A DNA stretch of 64,000 nt. Source: Corallochytrium limacisporum Hawaii (Eukaryota; Protista; Pluriformea). Both the position numbers and the translations under genes were made by a program. The DNA lies in assembly GCA_002811645.1 (NCBI GenBank), contig PDIP01000110.1:10156-74155 (forward strand), written 5' to 3'. The notes beneath the pieces are model-generated. The model saw only the letters and a list, made by a program, of their open reading frames with translations, was not told the origin of the DNA and searched no databases. Shown piece after piece: positions 11,780 to 22,340 of this stretch; position 1 is the first letter of the stretch; every line of letters starts with the position of its first letter.

Positions 11780-12852
11780 CCGACCTTTCATAAATTTGGG
11801 GGTCGGCATTCGTGTCAGGAGGAGTCACTGGTCGCCTTGGGGGATGGCGGCGGGTCTCCACAGCCCGAGACTGATGATACGGTTGCTTCGCGCATCATCA
11901 CGTACTTTGCGAAGACACGAACAGACAGTCTGTGGCGGCGAAAGTACACACCAGATACTTTAATTGAAGAATTTGTTGATCGCGAGGACCATATGATTGA
12001 GCGCCGGACAGCACTTAGCGCACCGTTCCATACAAGTTTAGACCCCAAGAAGGAGATTGACCCCTATGTCATTGTGGAGACATATAAGGTGCAAGAAGGC
12101 AGACCACCACAAGAGTGCATGCACCGCATCAAGTATCTTGTTGCTGAGCGGCTGGTCTCTGTCGACATGCATGTTGCAGCGGACCGGCTGCTCCCAGAAA
12201 GCCGGCAATACAGCGTGAAAGAGCAGCTCTTCCGTAAATGTCAACAGTTCGGATCCAAGTCCAACGGAGGTTAAGGTCTTTGAGCGCCTGAACGAAAAAG
12301 ACTGGCTTGTTGAGCACGAGGCCAACATTACCAGCCAAGTCCGCCAGGCCTACGTGGAGCTCACCGAATGGCTCGGCCATCGCTGGGCGGCCGCTACTAA
12401 AGCTGAGCTGGACCGTCTCATCTACGAGATTGCTCGCGACCGAGACGTCATTGAACGGCGCCGTGAGGCCGAGCGCCGTGCACAAACAGAGAACGACCGG
12501 GCCAATCCCAGCGACTAACTCACTCCATTCCTGCTCCGTGTTGATGACCCCGAACTGCTGACTCCCAGGTTGCGGCCAAAGTCCGTGACGACTGCCTTCA
12601 GGATCTCAAGGAGCGGCTGATCAAGCGCGCACAGCGCATTCAGAATCGGTTTGAAGAGGAATCTGCTGATATTCAACAGCGCCGACAGTGGCACCAGGAG
12701 CGCCAGGCGACTTTCACCGCCTCCGAGGAGCCGGAGTATGTCACCTGCTGCAGGTCCACCGTCTCGAACATCACAAGCAACGCGCTACCGAAACATATCG
12801 AAAGATGGGCAAGCATTTGCAGACTGATCCGCGTCTGGCACATCTGTTGTAA
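11780..12852 (+). pseudogene. DRC7: Dynein regulatory complex subunit 7 (DRC7/CCDC135) pseudogene, C-terminal third only
   Basis: Pieces in three frames reconstruct the DRC7 C-terminus: RIITYFAKTRTDSLWRRKYTPDTLIEEFVDREDH; LIYEIARDRDVIERRREAERR..D*LTPFL; DDCLQDLKERLIKRAQRIQNRFEEE..QQRRQWHQE; RLEHHKQRA..LQTDPRL*. Frameshifts at ~12219-12271, ~12564 and ~12752; TAA at 12516-12518. Confidence 0.88.
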
Positions 12853-13061
12853 AATATTACAGACACTTCTTCCAAGCAAAGCGAGTGGTTCATGGAAAAT
12901 TCATACATTTCTTTAATTGGGCTATTTTTTAACTTACAATGACTGACTGATAACATACAACATCCCTTCTAAATACATATCTAGTTTCTTCCCAACATGA
13001 AAGTCAGCACGAACATGAGTAAGATAACGAAGACAAAGGGATTGCTGACACTGTCCTGCAG

Positions 13062-13184
13062 TCAACTGCGAGGGCAGTCGCAGCGCAGATTCTGGGGCAC
13101 ACTGGCTAAAGCCTGTTCAACGTGGCCACCGCATCCGGCCCAGGTAGGCTTTTGGCACTTTCCGCACTTGGTCTGGTAGCACAT
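13062..13184 (-). CDS. Conserved 40-aa Cys/His-rich microprotein (putative metal binder)
   Basis: ATG at 13184 gives MCYQTKCGKCQKPTWAGCGGHVEQALASVPQNLRCDCPRS; the C-x4-C-x2-C..TWxGCGxH..RCxC pattern resembles an uncharacterised small family I recall from fungi and actinobacteria; AT-rich 3' flank. Confidence 0.82.
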   Translation of the reverse strand: MCYQTKCGKCQKPTWAGCGGHVEQALASVPQNLRCDCPRS

Positions 13185-14288
13185 AGTTGGTAAATGGTGG
13201 TCCTGTGTTAGTACAACCGTATTAATATGGAGGAGTCTGAAGATCTTTTGTACACCTATTGTAAAGTGGACCAAGGAGTGGCCCATTAAATACCTTGAAA
13301 GCTCTGGGCGCGAAAGGACATCATACCATCTTCCACGCCGTGCTCACGTATTCCAGATACACGTATCAGCAATACACTTACTTGTCCCATTCAGTATCTG
13401 CTGTTCGCTGAGACGCATCGGTCGGCCTCTATCCGAAGAGACAAGGGTGCCGTATCGACCACCGACCCCAGCGCACGGTGGCTGAGGCGCCCTGCCAGGG
13501 GCAGGAGGCGTGTGTACGAAGGGACGAAAGTTTTCCGTCGTCCGTTCCCACTGTCTTTCTATGCAAGTCACCTCCCCCGGGGTTCGTTGCCCTTGCCATC
13601 CCCCCCCCGGGGGGTCTCCCCCTCTCGCACGCTCTGTCAGAGTTTGAAGGGTGCTCCTTGGCTTTTCTCACTTGGTCCCTCCCCCCGAACCGGGGAACCT
13701 TTGTGGCGCAAGCCCGGGCTTTATTCGTCTCCAAGTTAGCTGCCCAACGCTTTATCTCCGTACTAAAACAATTGACAAATTTTCCCCTTTGTTCGTGAGC
13801 AAACCACCGTGTGTCAGCAGAGCGCAGTCGGTGTTTTTTTGTGTTGCGCTTGGGCCCGACCCCCCCCCCGGGGGGTCGAGGGGGAAATGACCGAGCTCGG
13901 GGTTCATGGGCGGGCCAGGCTTTACGCTGAGCACCTAAGGCCCCGAAGAGCAAGGCTCCCCCCCCCGTTTTGCCCTCCGGCTTAGACCCGCCATTGGGGG
14001 CCTAAATTATTCGTAGCTCTAAAAATATATCCGGACCTTTTGTTTCTCCAGGTTCAACTGGCTTGAAATCTATCGCGCGATGGTAATGGGCCATTGATGG
14101 CCGGTCAATGTGTCAAAGGTCATTCCTTAGGTATGGATACCAAAATTCATAAGGTTAGGTGTATTGTTACTTTGTTTGGTGGCATTCTTTCCCGATTCGC
14201 TGCAAAGTGTATGCATGTTGTGAACATGTCAGCGGGTATGCCAAAAAGATGGAAAGTTATGCTGCGCTATCTAAGTTTCGTTTCCCAC

Positions 14289-15539
14289 CTACACGACAGC
14301 GGCGGTTTTCAGGCGTGCTTGTCCCTTGGGTTCGTTGAATGGCTTGTTGATCTGCGACATCATCCAGTCCTCCTCATCCGCGGCCTTGTGCCTTGTTCCT
14401 TGTTGATAAGAAGGTAGGACTTCCCCGGCGTCCTTTGCAGTGCGTTTCAGATAGACATAGGCATCGGTGCCGTAGCCTTCCATACTAATGAGCTGCAAAT
14501 CCCCGCCAAAGTAACGCGCATACAGACGACTAAGAGGGAGACCGTAACCGAAACCGGCCAGAGGGGCATGATTCATATCGGTGGCAGCGCCTTCTTCGAG
14601 AGCCGGGGTGGAAGCAGTGGTATACAGATAGGTGAACAGCTGCTGGATGCTCTTACGCGGAATACCACCGCCTTCATCGCTAAGCTTCACAGTGAGGTCC
14701 CGTTCTCCCTCGACAATGATGCACTTGACCGGAGGATAATCGACGGCATCCGGGCCGTAGAACTCAATGGTTGCCCGCAACGAATTCTTCATGATCTCAA
14801 AAAGGATGTGGTACAGATGCGACGGCACGTAGGGGAAAGTCACGCGGTCCTCCCGGTTCGGGGTAATGACCTGTACATTGGGGGATGCAAAGTAGTACTG
14901 CTCGCAAAGGAACTTGGCTGCCTGCGCTGCGTCCTGTGCGATCGAGTTCACGTCACAGTTGAGGTCAATCACGCCCAATCCAGGGGTCTTCTTCACGCCA
15001 AATAGTTCCACATGCTGAGCAATGAGCATACGGATACCAATACGGCTCATGTAGAATCGGTCCAGGAAGGTGTGAATGCTGGCATCCAGGGCATCCTCGC
15101 CTGCGTTGTTCCGCAGTTCCATGATGCCTTGTGCCATGGTGGTCACAACCGGAGCGTGGCGCGTACGGATAGTTTCGAGCAGGTCAGTGAATCCGTGCAC
15201 ATACTCTTCACCCTTGCGCTCAATCTCTTCTGCTGGGGGCCACTTCAACAGCTCCTCAAATGACTGAATATACCATGACCTCACCTTCTCGACGGAAGGC
15301 ATGCGCAGCAACTGTCCCGGAAGCGCATCGAATTCTTTGACCATATGGGCCAGACGAACAGGGATTTCATTGCGGAGGAACATGCAGCTCCGAATGGGGG
15401 CGTCGTGATTTTTGTTCGCAGCAAATTCTGCGAACTGGTGAATGCTGACCGGAGTCTGTTTGTACCTGGCGTACTGTGCCAAAGATTCGCTGACGTTCGG
15501 TGTAGCGCACCGGCGAAGGACGAAAGTAAAGCGAACCAT
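14289..15539 (-). CDS. PDK: Mitochondrial pyruvate dehydrogenase kinase
   Basis: 'FLRNEIPVRLAH', 'FLDRFYMSRIGIRMLIAQH', 'HILFEIMKNSLRAT', 'SDEGGGIP', 'PLAGFGYGLPLSRLYARYFGGDL'. Confidence 0.97.
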   Translation of the reverse strand: MVRFTFVLRRCATPNVSESLAQYARYKQTPVSIHQFAEFAANKNHDAPIRSCMFLRNEIPVRLAHMVKEFDALPGQLLRMPSVEKVRSWYIQSFEELLKWPPAEEIERKGEEYVHGFTDLLETIRTRHAPVVTTMAQGIMELRNNAGEDALDASIHTFLDRFYMSRIGIRMLIAQHVELFGVKKTPGLGVIDLNCDVNSIAQDAAQAAKFLCEQYYFASPNVQVITPNREDRVTFPYVPSHLYHILFEIMKNSLRATIEFYGPDAVDYPPVKCIIVEGERDLTVKLSDEGGGIPRKSIQQLFTYLYTTASTPALEEGAATDMNHAPLAGFGYGLPLSRLYARYFGGDLQLISMEGYGTDAYVYLKRTAKDAGEVLPSYQQGTRHKAADEEDWMMSQINKPFNEPKGQARLKTAAVV

Positions 15540-16225
15540 GGTGTTTCAAGATGTTTCAATAGTAATTCGCTCTTCTCGTTCGTGCAATTTGTTTTACCTT
15601 GGGTTTATAACCTTGGTTGAAGATTAAGACAATTGTTTTTGATACCGTTTTGTATGGATGCGCAACTCTACTGAATAGGCTTAGGCAGGCAAATGCTCCT
15701 GTTTTTCATCAACGATTTGTATGTCCTGGGTTTCTCCATGTCTTTCCCGTTACTGGTCCATTTCCTTGATCGTTTGTCGTTTCCGTCTGATCTTCTTCCT
15801 TGTCTATGTGTCAGTAGGGTTGTGAAGAAACAAACCATTGGGTAGTTCATTTGACGAAGACGTGATTCACGAAGTACCTGCAGCACCACAAACCCAAGAA
15901 GAAACCACCAAAATTTGAATTTATATGCTTGGTTTTGTGTCTCCACTTTAGGGTTGTATCTTGTCTCCTTTTGTATTCTTTGAAAACCGCCGCCGGAACC
16001 CATCTGCTGTCTCATCAACACGCTCACTTGCACGATCACCAGAACTGTCCGCAGAAGCTCGCTCGCTTCGCCCCTAAAACTGCCTCTTCTCTTGCTCGCT
16101 TCTTGCTCTCTCGCTCGTTCAGTTTTCGTCTCGTTCCATCCGCCCACCCTTTGGTCCCCGTGTTCCCCTTCATTCTGTGAGTGCTAAAAAAGGTGCAGGT
16201 CTTGCAATCCGCCCAACACCCGTTC

Positions 16226-16285
16226 TCCTCTCTCTCTCTCTCTCTTTCTCCCTCTCGCTCTCTCTCTCCCTCTGCGTCTCTGTGT

Positions 16286-16380
<95 letters not shown>

Positions 16381-16403
16381 TCTCTCTCTCTCTCTCTCGC
16401 TCT
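16226..16403. repeat. Compound microsatellite (CT)n-(TG)~45-(CT)n
   Basis: Seen directly; TG run ~16289-16379. Confidence 0.97.
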
Positions 16404-19400
16404 CGTTTTATCATCTTGCCATTTTCCATTTTTGTTTTTTTGGTTCAGAAGAAGTGGAGAGGGGAAGAGCATTGATTGTGACGGAGGAGAGGATTCCATT
16501 TCTTTTTTTCTTTTTTTTTTCTTGTTTCCCTCTTTTTTGTTGACTGTCCGGTCGTTGAAAATCTGGTGACTTCCTCGAATCTGAGAGGTGGCTGACATCC
16601 CTCACCATAATGGAGACCGCCACCACCATAAACAATACTAAAACTGTGTATACGTAGACCTTAGATGTGGCAATCGGTGAACTTGGCCTTACGGGAGACC
16701 GTGTCACATGTGCCCTCCGTTTCCTCTTGGTCGGCGAAGCACCGGGCTGCTGACGATCCCGTCCCTGTGCTCAACGCGGACCCGTGCCGTTTGTTTCGGT
16801 TGGTCACGTCTCCGTCGTATTTCTCCTAACATTAAATATATGCATGAGGTATTTCGACTGAGGTCGTCCACATTTCCTTGTTCTTTTACCTTTTTAGATT
16901 CCAATTTTCAGTGTGTTCATCCAATTCTCCGGTTCTCGCTGGACGCAAACGGACACCACGAAATTAACCAACGAGAACACGAGAGGCGATGGAATCAAGT
17001 ACTTAATATACTGTGTATACCAGACCCGCGGCAACTGCAGTGATTTCAATTCCAGCAAGCCACACAACGAAATTACAGGACAGCAGGCAGCACACTACGC
17101 ACACGCCTCTCTTCTCCCGATGTGGAACAAACAACGACTATGGATGATGGATGATGAGTGAGAGGAGTATTGCAGGACTAATAGAGAGGAGTAAGGACGG
17201 ACCAAGGGAGAGACGACGGAGAGAGACAAGGAGTGAGAGAGGGGAGAGGGAGGGCGCACCCGTGACGCACCATGTCACGAGTAAGGGACGGTGTGATTAT
17301 GAAGATGGGCCGCGGTGGTGGTCAGATGACACGCAGGAGAGAAGAGAGGGGGGGGGGACCGGGCCAAAGCGAAGAAGAGTCAGCAGTGGTGTTTGGTGCT
17401 TGGGACAAAAGGAAAGGAAAATGAGGGAAGGCACACGCAATTTCTTACCGTAGCTCACTTTTCTTCCGCCATCTCTCATACAAAAATCACGGGTTGGACA
17501 CTAAGAACGAAACAAAAGAAATACAACAAAAGGGAGAAGGTTCATGGCAAGGAATTCAAACACACACACACACAGAGGCGCGGGACTTCGGATTAAAAGC
17601 AGACGATCGAGCCGAGCGTGGCGACATTGAAAGCGAAAGGAGAAACTGTCCGCTCATATGTTTTTCTTCAAATGCTAAAACAGAATCGGTCCACTCTGGT
17701 AGCATCGTTGCGCGTACCCCCTAACCCACCCCTTCCTTTTTCTCAGTCTTTTCACGCCGTAGGCAGGCGATGACCGATGCAGAAAATTTGTTCCTCGGTG
17801 GGTGGTGTTGGCGAACATCTCGTCGCAGCCACCAACAAAACCCGGTCCTTGGAAGAGAAACGAATGGAGGATGGTAAATGCTCAATGCTACCTATGCTGG
17901 GCACCGTTTTTAACACTATCTTATCATCAAAATTGAAAGGATTACGAACGCAGGTACGGAGAGTATGGGTAGCATGGTACGCTGACAGATGGCGAAGCGC
18001 ATCGCTCGGGTCCGCCCCGCGACCCTGTGCCCATAGGAGAAATTTTGTTGACTATTGATCAAGCGGCTGCAATAAATTTCAGTATATTTACTACTGAAAT
18101 CATTAGATATCACTCCAGGATTGGTTCCACACCAAAATGGGCAGGCGGAGATCCATTTGCGGTCCTTTCCAGAGGTTTGCCTTGTTTTAGTATAGACACG
18201 AATTCTCTGCCGTCTCTCGGGGTCACCGAGCAGTTTTATCTCCCCCCCCCTAAGCCTAACAGTTGCGATCCCGGGCGGGTGTCACCAGGTGCCCGGCGTA
18301 TATTTCAATACATTCACTACTTCATTCTGGGTTATGAGTAATTCGATGACGGTGCAGAATTTGTTCTATCGGCACGATTAGCACAAGGACCTCGCGAAAA
18401 AAAATACTGAGAAAGTTTTGAACTTTCCCTTTTACCTTTGGATATTCCGTACATTTGTTCAGTATCAAAACATCCCAACAGCACTAATGTCGGCATATCC
18501 TCCCGACCGTCTTGTCCCGCTGGGGGGGGGGGAGACGGAACGATTTCTTTATAAACATCTTGGCCACGCGCAAGCATTTGAATGATGCAGCCCGAAGCAC
18601 AACACACACTGGCACCTAAAACGGCGTTTTACTGCTTCTTCTTGCAGGTGGAACTGACATGGTGGTCGGGCCTTTTAAACTCGCATTCACTGTCTTATCT
18701 CAACCCTTCCCCTTTTTCTTAATTCCTTTTTATTTTCATTATATTCGGCACTTTCACACATAAAGTTAGTACTGAACTAACGACACGGAAACAAAGGCAG
18801 ACCAAGACCACGGTAACCCACACACAAAAAGAGAACCGAAATTAAACGTACAAGAACTCCCCCGAAATAAACACAAAATGAAATAGAAAAGAAAGAAAAA
18901 CAGGCTAAAAAAGAAAGACAAACACAGAAGAAAGAATTATTAAAGGAAAAGGGTCGCACAAGAACACCCAACAAAGAATGTTTTCAACGTAGGGCGGTGT
19001 TATTTCCGACATGTGATGCTGGGGTGATCTAGCGGGTGGTGGGACGCAGACCGGTAGGGTAATATGTCAAAAAGATGTAAGATGTACACGTCAGCACATT
19101 GATCAGCAATTCTTTACCTACGCTCATTATATATTAATCTCTGCTACTGTGAATTAATCCTGGGAAGAGGTATAGCAGTAGCAGGGGATTGGCCAGCTGG
19201 GACCGGGTCTCGACCCCGTGATAGCGGGGGGCATGTGCCCGAACGTGTTCGTCACACCGTGGCTTTTTAATCTCTCTCTCAGAGCTCGCTCCCCACTCCT
19301 TCCCTCTCCCGACCTCCCCCCACTCTCTCACTATCTCTCTCAGTGTGCTACTTCTCTGTTAATTTTCAAGTGTTCTTCGCCTCAGCGGGGCCCCGTTTCG

Positions 19401-19440
19401 TGCTTCCCCCATTTCCTTCCTTCCTTCCCCCCCCCCTCCC

Positions 19441-19870
19441 NNNNNNNNNNNNNNNNNNNNNNNNNNNNNNNNNNNNNNNNNNNNNNNNNNNNNNNNNNNN
19501 NNNNNNNNNNNNNNNNNNNNNNNNNNNNNNNNNNNNNNNNNNNNNNNNNNNNNNNNNNNNNNNNNNNNNNNNNNNNNNNNNNNNNNNNNNNNNNNNNNNN
19601 NNNNNNNNNNNNNNNNNNNNNNNNNNNNNNNNNNNNNNNNNNNNNNNNNNNNNNNNNNNNNNNNNNNNNNNNNNNNNNNNNNNNNNNNNNNNNNNNNNNN
19701 NNNNNNNNNNNNNNNNNNNNNNNNNNNNNNNNNNNNNNNNNNNNNNNNNNNNNNNNNNNNNNNNNNNNNNNNNNNNNNNNNNNNNNNNNNNNNNNNNNNN
19801 NNNNNNNNNNNNNNNNNNNNNNNNNNNNNNNNNNNNNNNNNNNNNNNNNNNNNNNNNNNNNNNNNNNNNN
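19441..19870. other. Assembly gap (N run)
   Basis: n run flanked by a C run and (GT)n. Confidence 0.99.

Positions 19871-19913
<43 letters not shown>
19871..19913. repeat. (GT)n microsatellite, truncated by the gap
   Basis: Seen directly. Confidence 0.97.
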
Positions 19914-19916
<3 letters not shown>

Positions 19917-20930
19917 ACAGAGGTGACACTTTGCCACGAGAAAGAGATACTGAACGAATGAACGGACAAGATCGCCTTTCATTCTTCCGGTACTTGGCGT
20001 ATGAAAGCTTCTACGGGCTGAATATTTCTGCACCCGCCGTTTTTTCCGTGCTCCCCCCCCTGCCTCCTCTCCGAAGAATCACGCCGGCGCTTGCCTCCCG
20101 GGACGGAGGCCATTGTTGGTACTGAACGTACCGAGAATTGCAGCGAGCCTGCGGAAGCAAGCAACCGGAAAGTGACTCGAAACACCACCAGGACTCCACT
20201 CGATGGGGCCTTCAGATAGGTATTGCAATCGATAGATGTCATAAATTCAATACTTGGCATATTAAAAATTCTCCGCTTTGACACGTATTGGGTAACTGTG
20301 CAAGAAGAATTTTCATATGCTTCTCTGCCATCACAAACTACGACATTCTCGAAAGGTCTCTGCGGAGAATTTATCAATACTGTCACAAAATATAAAGCTA
20401 TTTACTATTCAAAATGTATTCTGATGGGATGATAGAGCTATTGCATAGACGCTTTATCGCTGGCATTGTTCAACCGTCCTGTGTCCTCCTTGTCCCAGAT
20501 TAAGGAGAAGGCGAAGCCGCGAAACAGGAGAAAAAATACAGACCAGAAATTCTGCTGGGCAGTTTGTTCCCGGAGGGGGTGTGTCGCAAAAATCTTCATT
20601 GGCCCATACGCTCAGTACTGGTTTACTGCGGGCACCTATCGTCAGGAAAGTGGGAGAGTGGGAATCACACTGCCCCTTCCCCCCCCCTCTTTCTTTTTTC
20701 GGGGAGCCCGCAGAGGAAGGTCAGTGCGGGGTTCGGTAGTGGCCCCTCCCCCCTTGCCCACCGCAAGCGGGGGCCGGCGGAAAGCGAAGGGTGAAATTCT
20801 GCGGGGAAGGGGGGGTTGGGTTGGGTTGGGCTGTGTCCAGAAAGGCCCCTTTTTTTTTTGGTTTTTCTTTTCGATTTTGTCTCCGAGCGCAGGGAGACGA
20901 ACCCACGGACCCGGGCCCCGAGGGGCCAAA

Positions 20931-20934
<4 letters not shown>

Positions 20935-20982
<48 letters not shown>

Positions 20983-20999
20983 AAAAAGAAAAAGAAAAT
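20935..20999. repeat. (AG)n followed by (AAAAAG)n microsatellite
   Basis: Seen directly. Confidence 0.95.
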
Positions 21000-22340
21000 A
21001 TTTAAGAAAACGAAAACACCGGGCCGACTCAGTCTCCGGTGCGTGGGTGTGTGTGTTTGTGCTCTGTCAGGCCCTTTCCAGTGCTTTAAATGCCTCACCC
21101 TCTGCACACCGCTCCCCGCGCGGAGGGGGAGGTGTGTGTGTGTGTGTGTGTCTCTGTGTCTGTCTGAAGTGTCCCTGCACACCGTCCGTAGACTTCTCCA
21201 CGGGCACAATACCACAGATAAAACATGTGATTTCCTCGGTGCAAAAAGTTGTAGCGGGGGGAGGCTTCGGTCTCGTCTCTGTCTCTCTCTCTCACTCTCG
21301 CTCTCTTTCTTTCGTTTAACTTCCCTAGCTTTTTTTGGTGGTTCCTGTTTTATTTACTTTCTTTGGGCCCTGTCCATTCTTTTGTAAATGTTTTATATTA
21401 CTTTTACACCGCCTCTCCTGCCCGGCCGGAGATCTCTTTTTCGCCCGAGTATTCGGTATCCAATATACGGCTTCGGGAACTAATACGGTTCTTTGTCCAT
21501 CGCTTGATACGCACTCGCTTTTCTTTTTCTTTTTTTCATTTGCGCTTCGCGAGATCTCTGCTTTTTTTTTGTACTGGCCAATTTCTGGGTCAAATCTCCC
21601 GGTTTTTTTTAATATTTGTGTATGCGCGGCCACACTGGATTTTTTTTGTTTCTTTCTTTCTTTCTATCTTTCTTTTTTCCTTGCCTTGCTTGCTTCGTGT
21701 TTCTGCTCTTCTTTGGGGGGGAGGGGGGGGTGCCTAACTTTCCTTCTTCTTTTTCTTTTCATTTTTCTCTCTTTGTTTGAAACCGCCGCGCGCTTCCACC
21801 CCGCTGTCGCCCGCGCGGACCACCCCCCCCCCCAGTCCGTTCGCCCCGCACTTCGGGCTCCGGCGCGGAGAGATAGATAGTATCAATTCGCTGCTTCCTG
21901 GGGAGTGGCATCGATCAAAGGGACGGCTCCTATGTGATGTGACCTGCTTTGAGAATCGTATGTTCAGTATGTAGACAGCCACTCCCGTTCTGAGGAAGGG
22001 GGTATCACCCGCACGGTGTTTTATCATCACTGCAACCAACACACACGCTCACGCAGCGATCGACCCGCACACGTGGTGCCAGCAGCAAAAAACATTAGTA
22101 CTCCTCAATTCTATAGTGAATATATGGACTTTACACATCTTAACAGCGGGGAATCGGTCAGCAAAAGCAGCTGCTGGGAAAACAGCGACGGGTTTCGACC
22201 TAATCACAACGGACGCTGCCGTTGTGTACGTGGGTGCCTTTCTGGGTCTCCGACCACGCGTTGTTCTGTTCACTACCATGCTCGTGTGTACGTGGTCGCT
22301 TGTTACTGATGGAGACGATACCGCCGACCCATCCACATCA

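Noticed and set aside
12234-12247. 14-nt GT..AG micro-intron repairing the first DRC7 frameshift
   Set aside because: Removing it gives the wrong frame, which soon hits a stop
12516-12518. TAA reassigned to an amino acid (alternative genetic code) to explain the stop in DRC7
   Set aside because: TAA terminates intact genes here (e.g. 40624, 57845, 29374), long ORFs contain no internal TAA, and the locus also has frameshifts
16170-16598. ORFs with HT/CV repeats (also 19218-20125 and 20466-21880)
   Set aside because: Products of microsatellites and low-complexity DNA, or ORFs spanning N gaps
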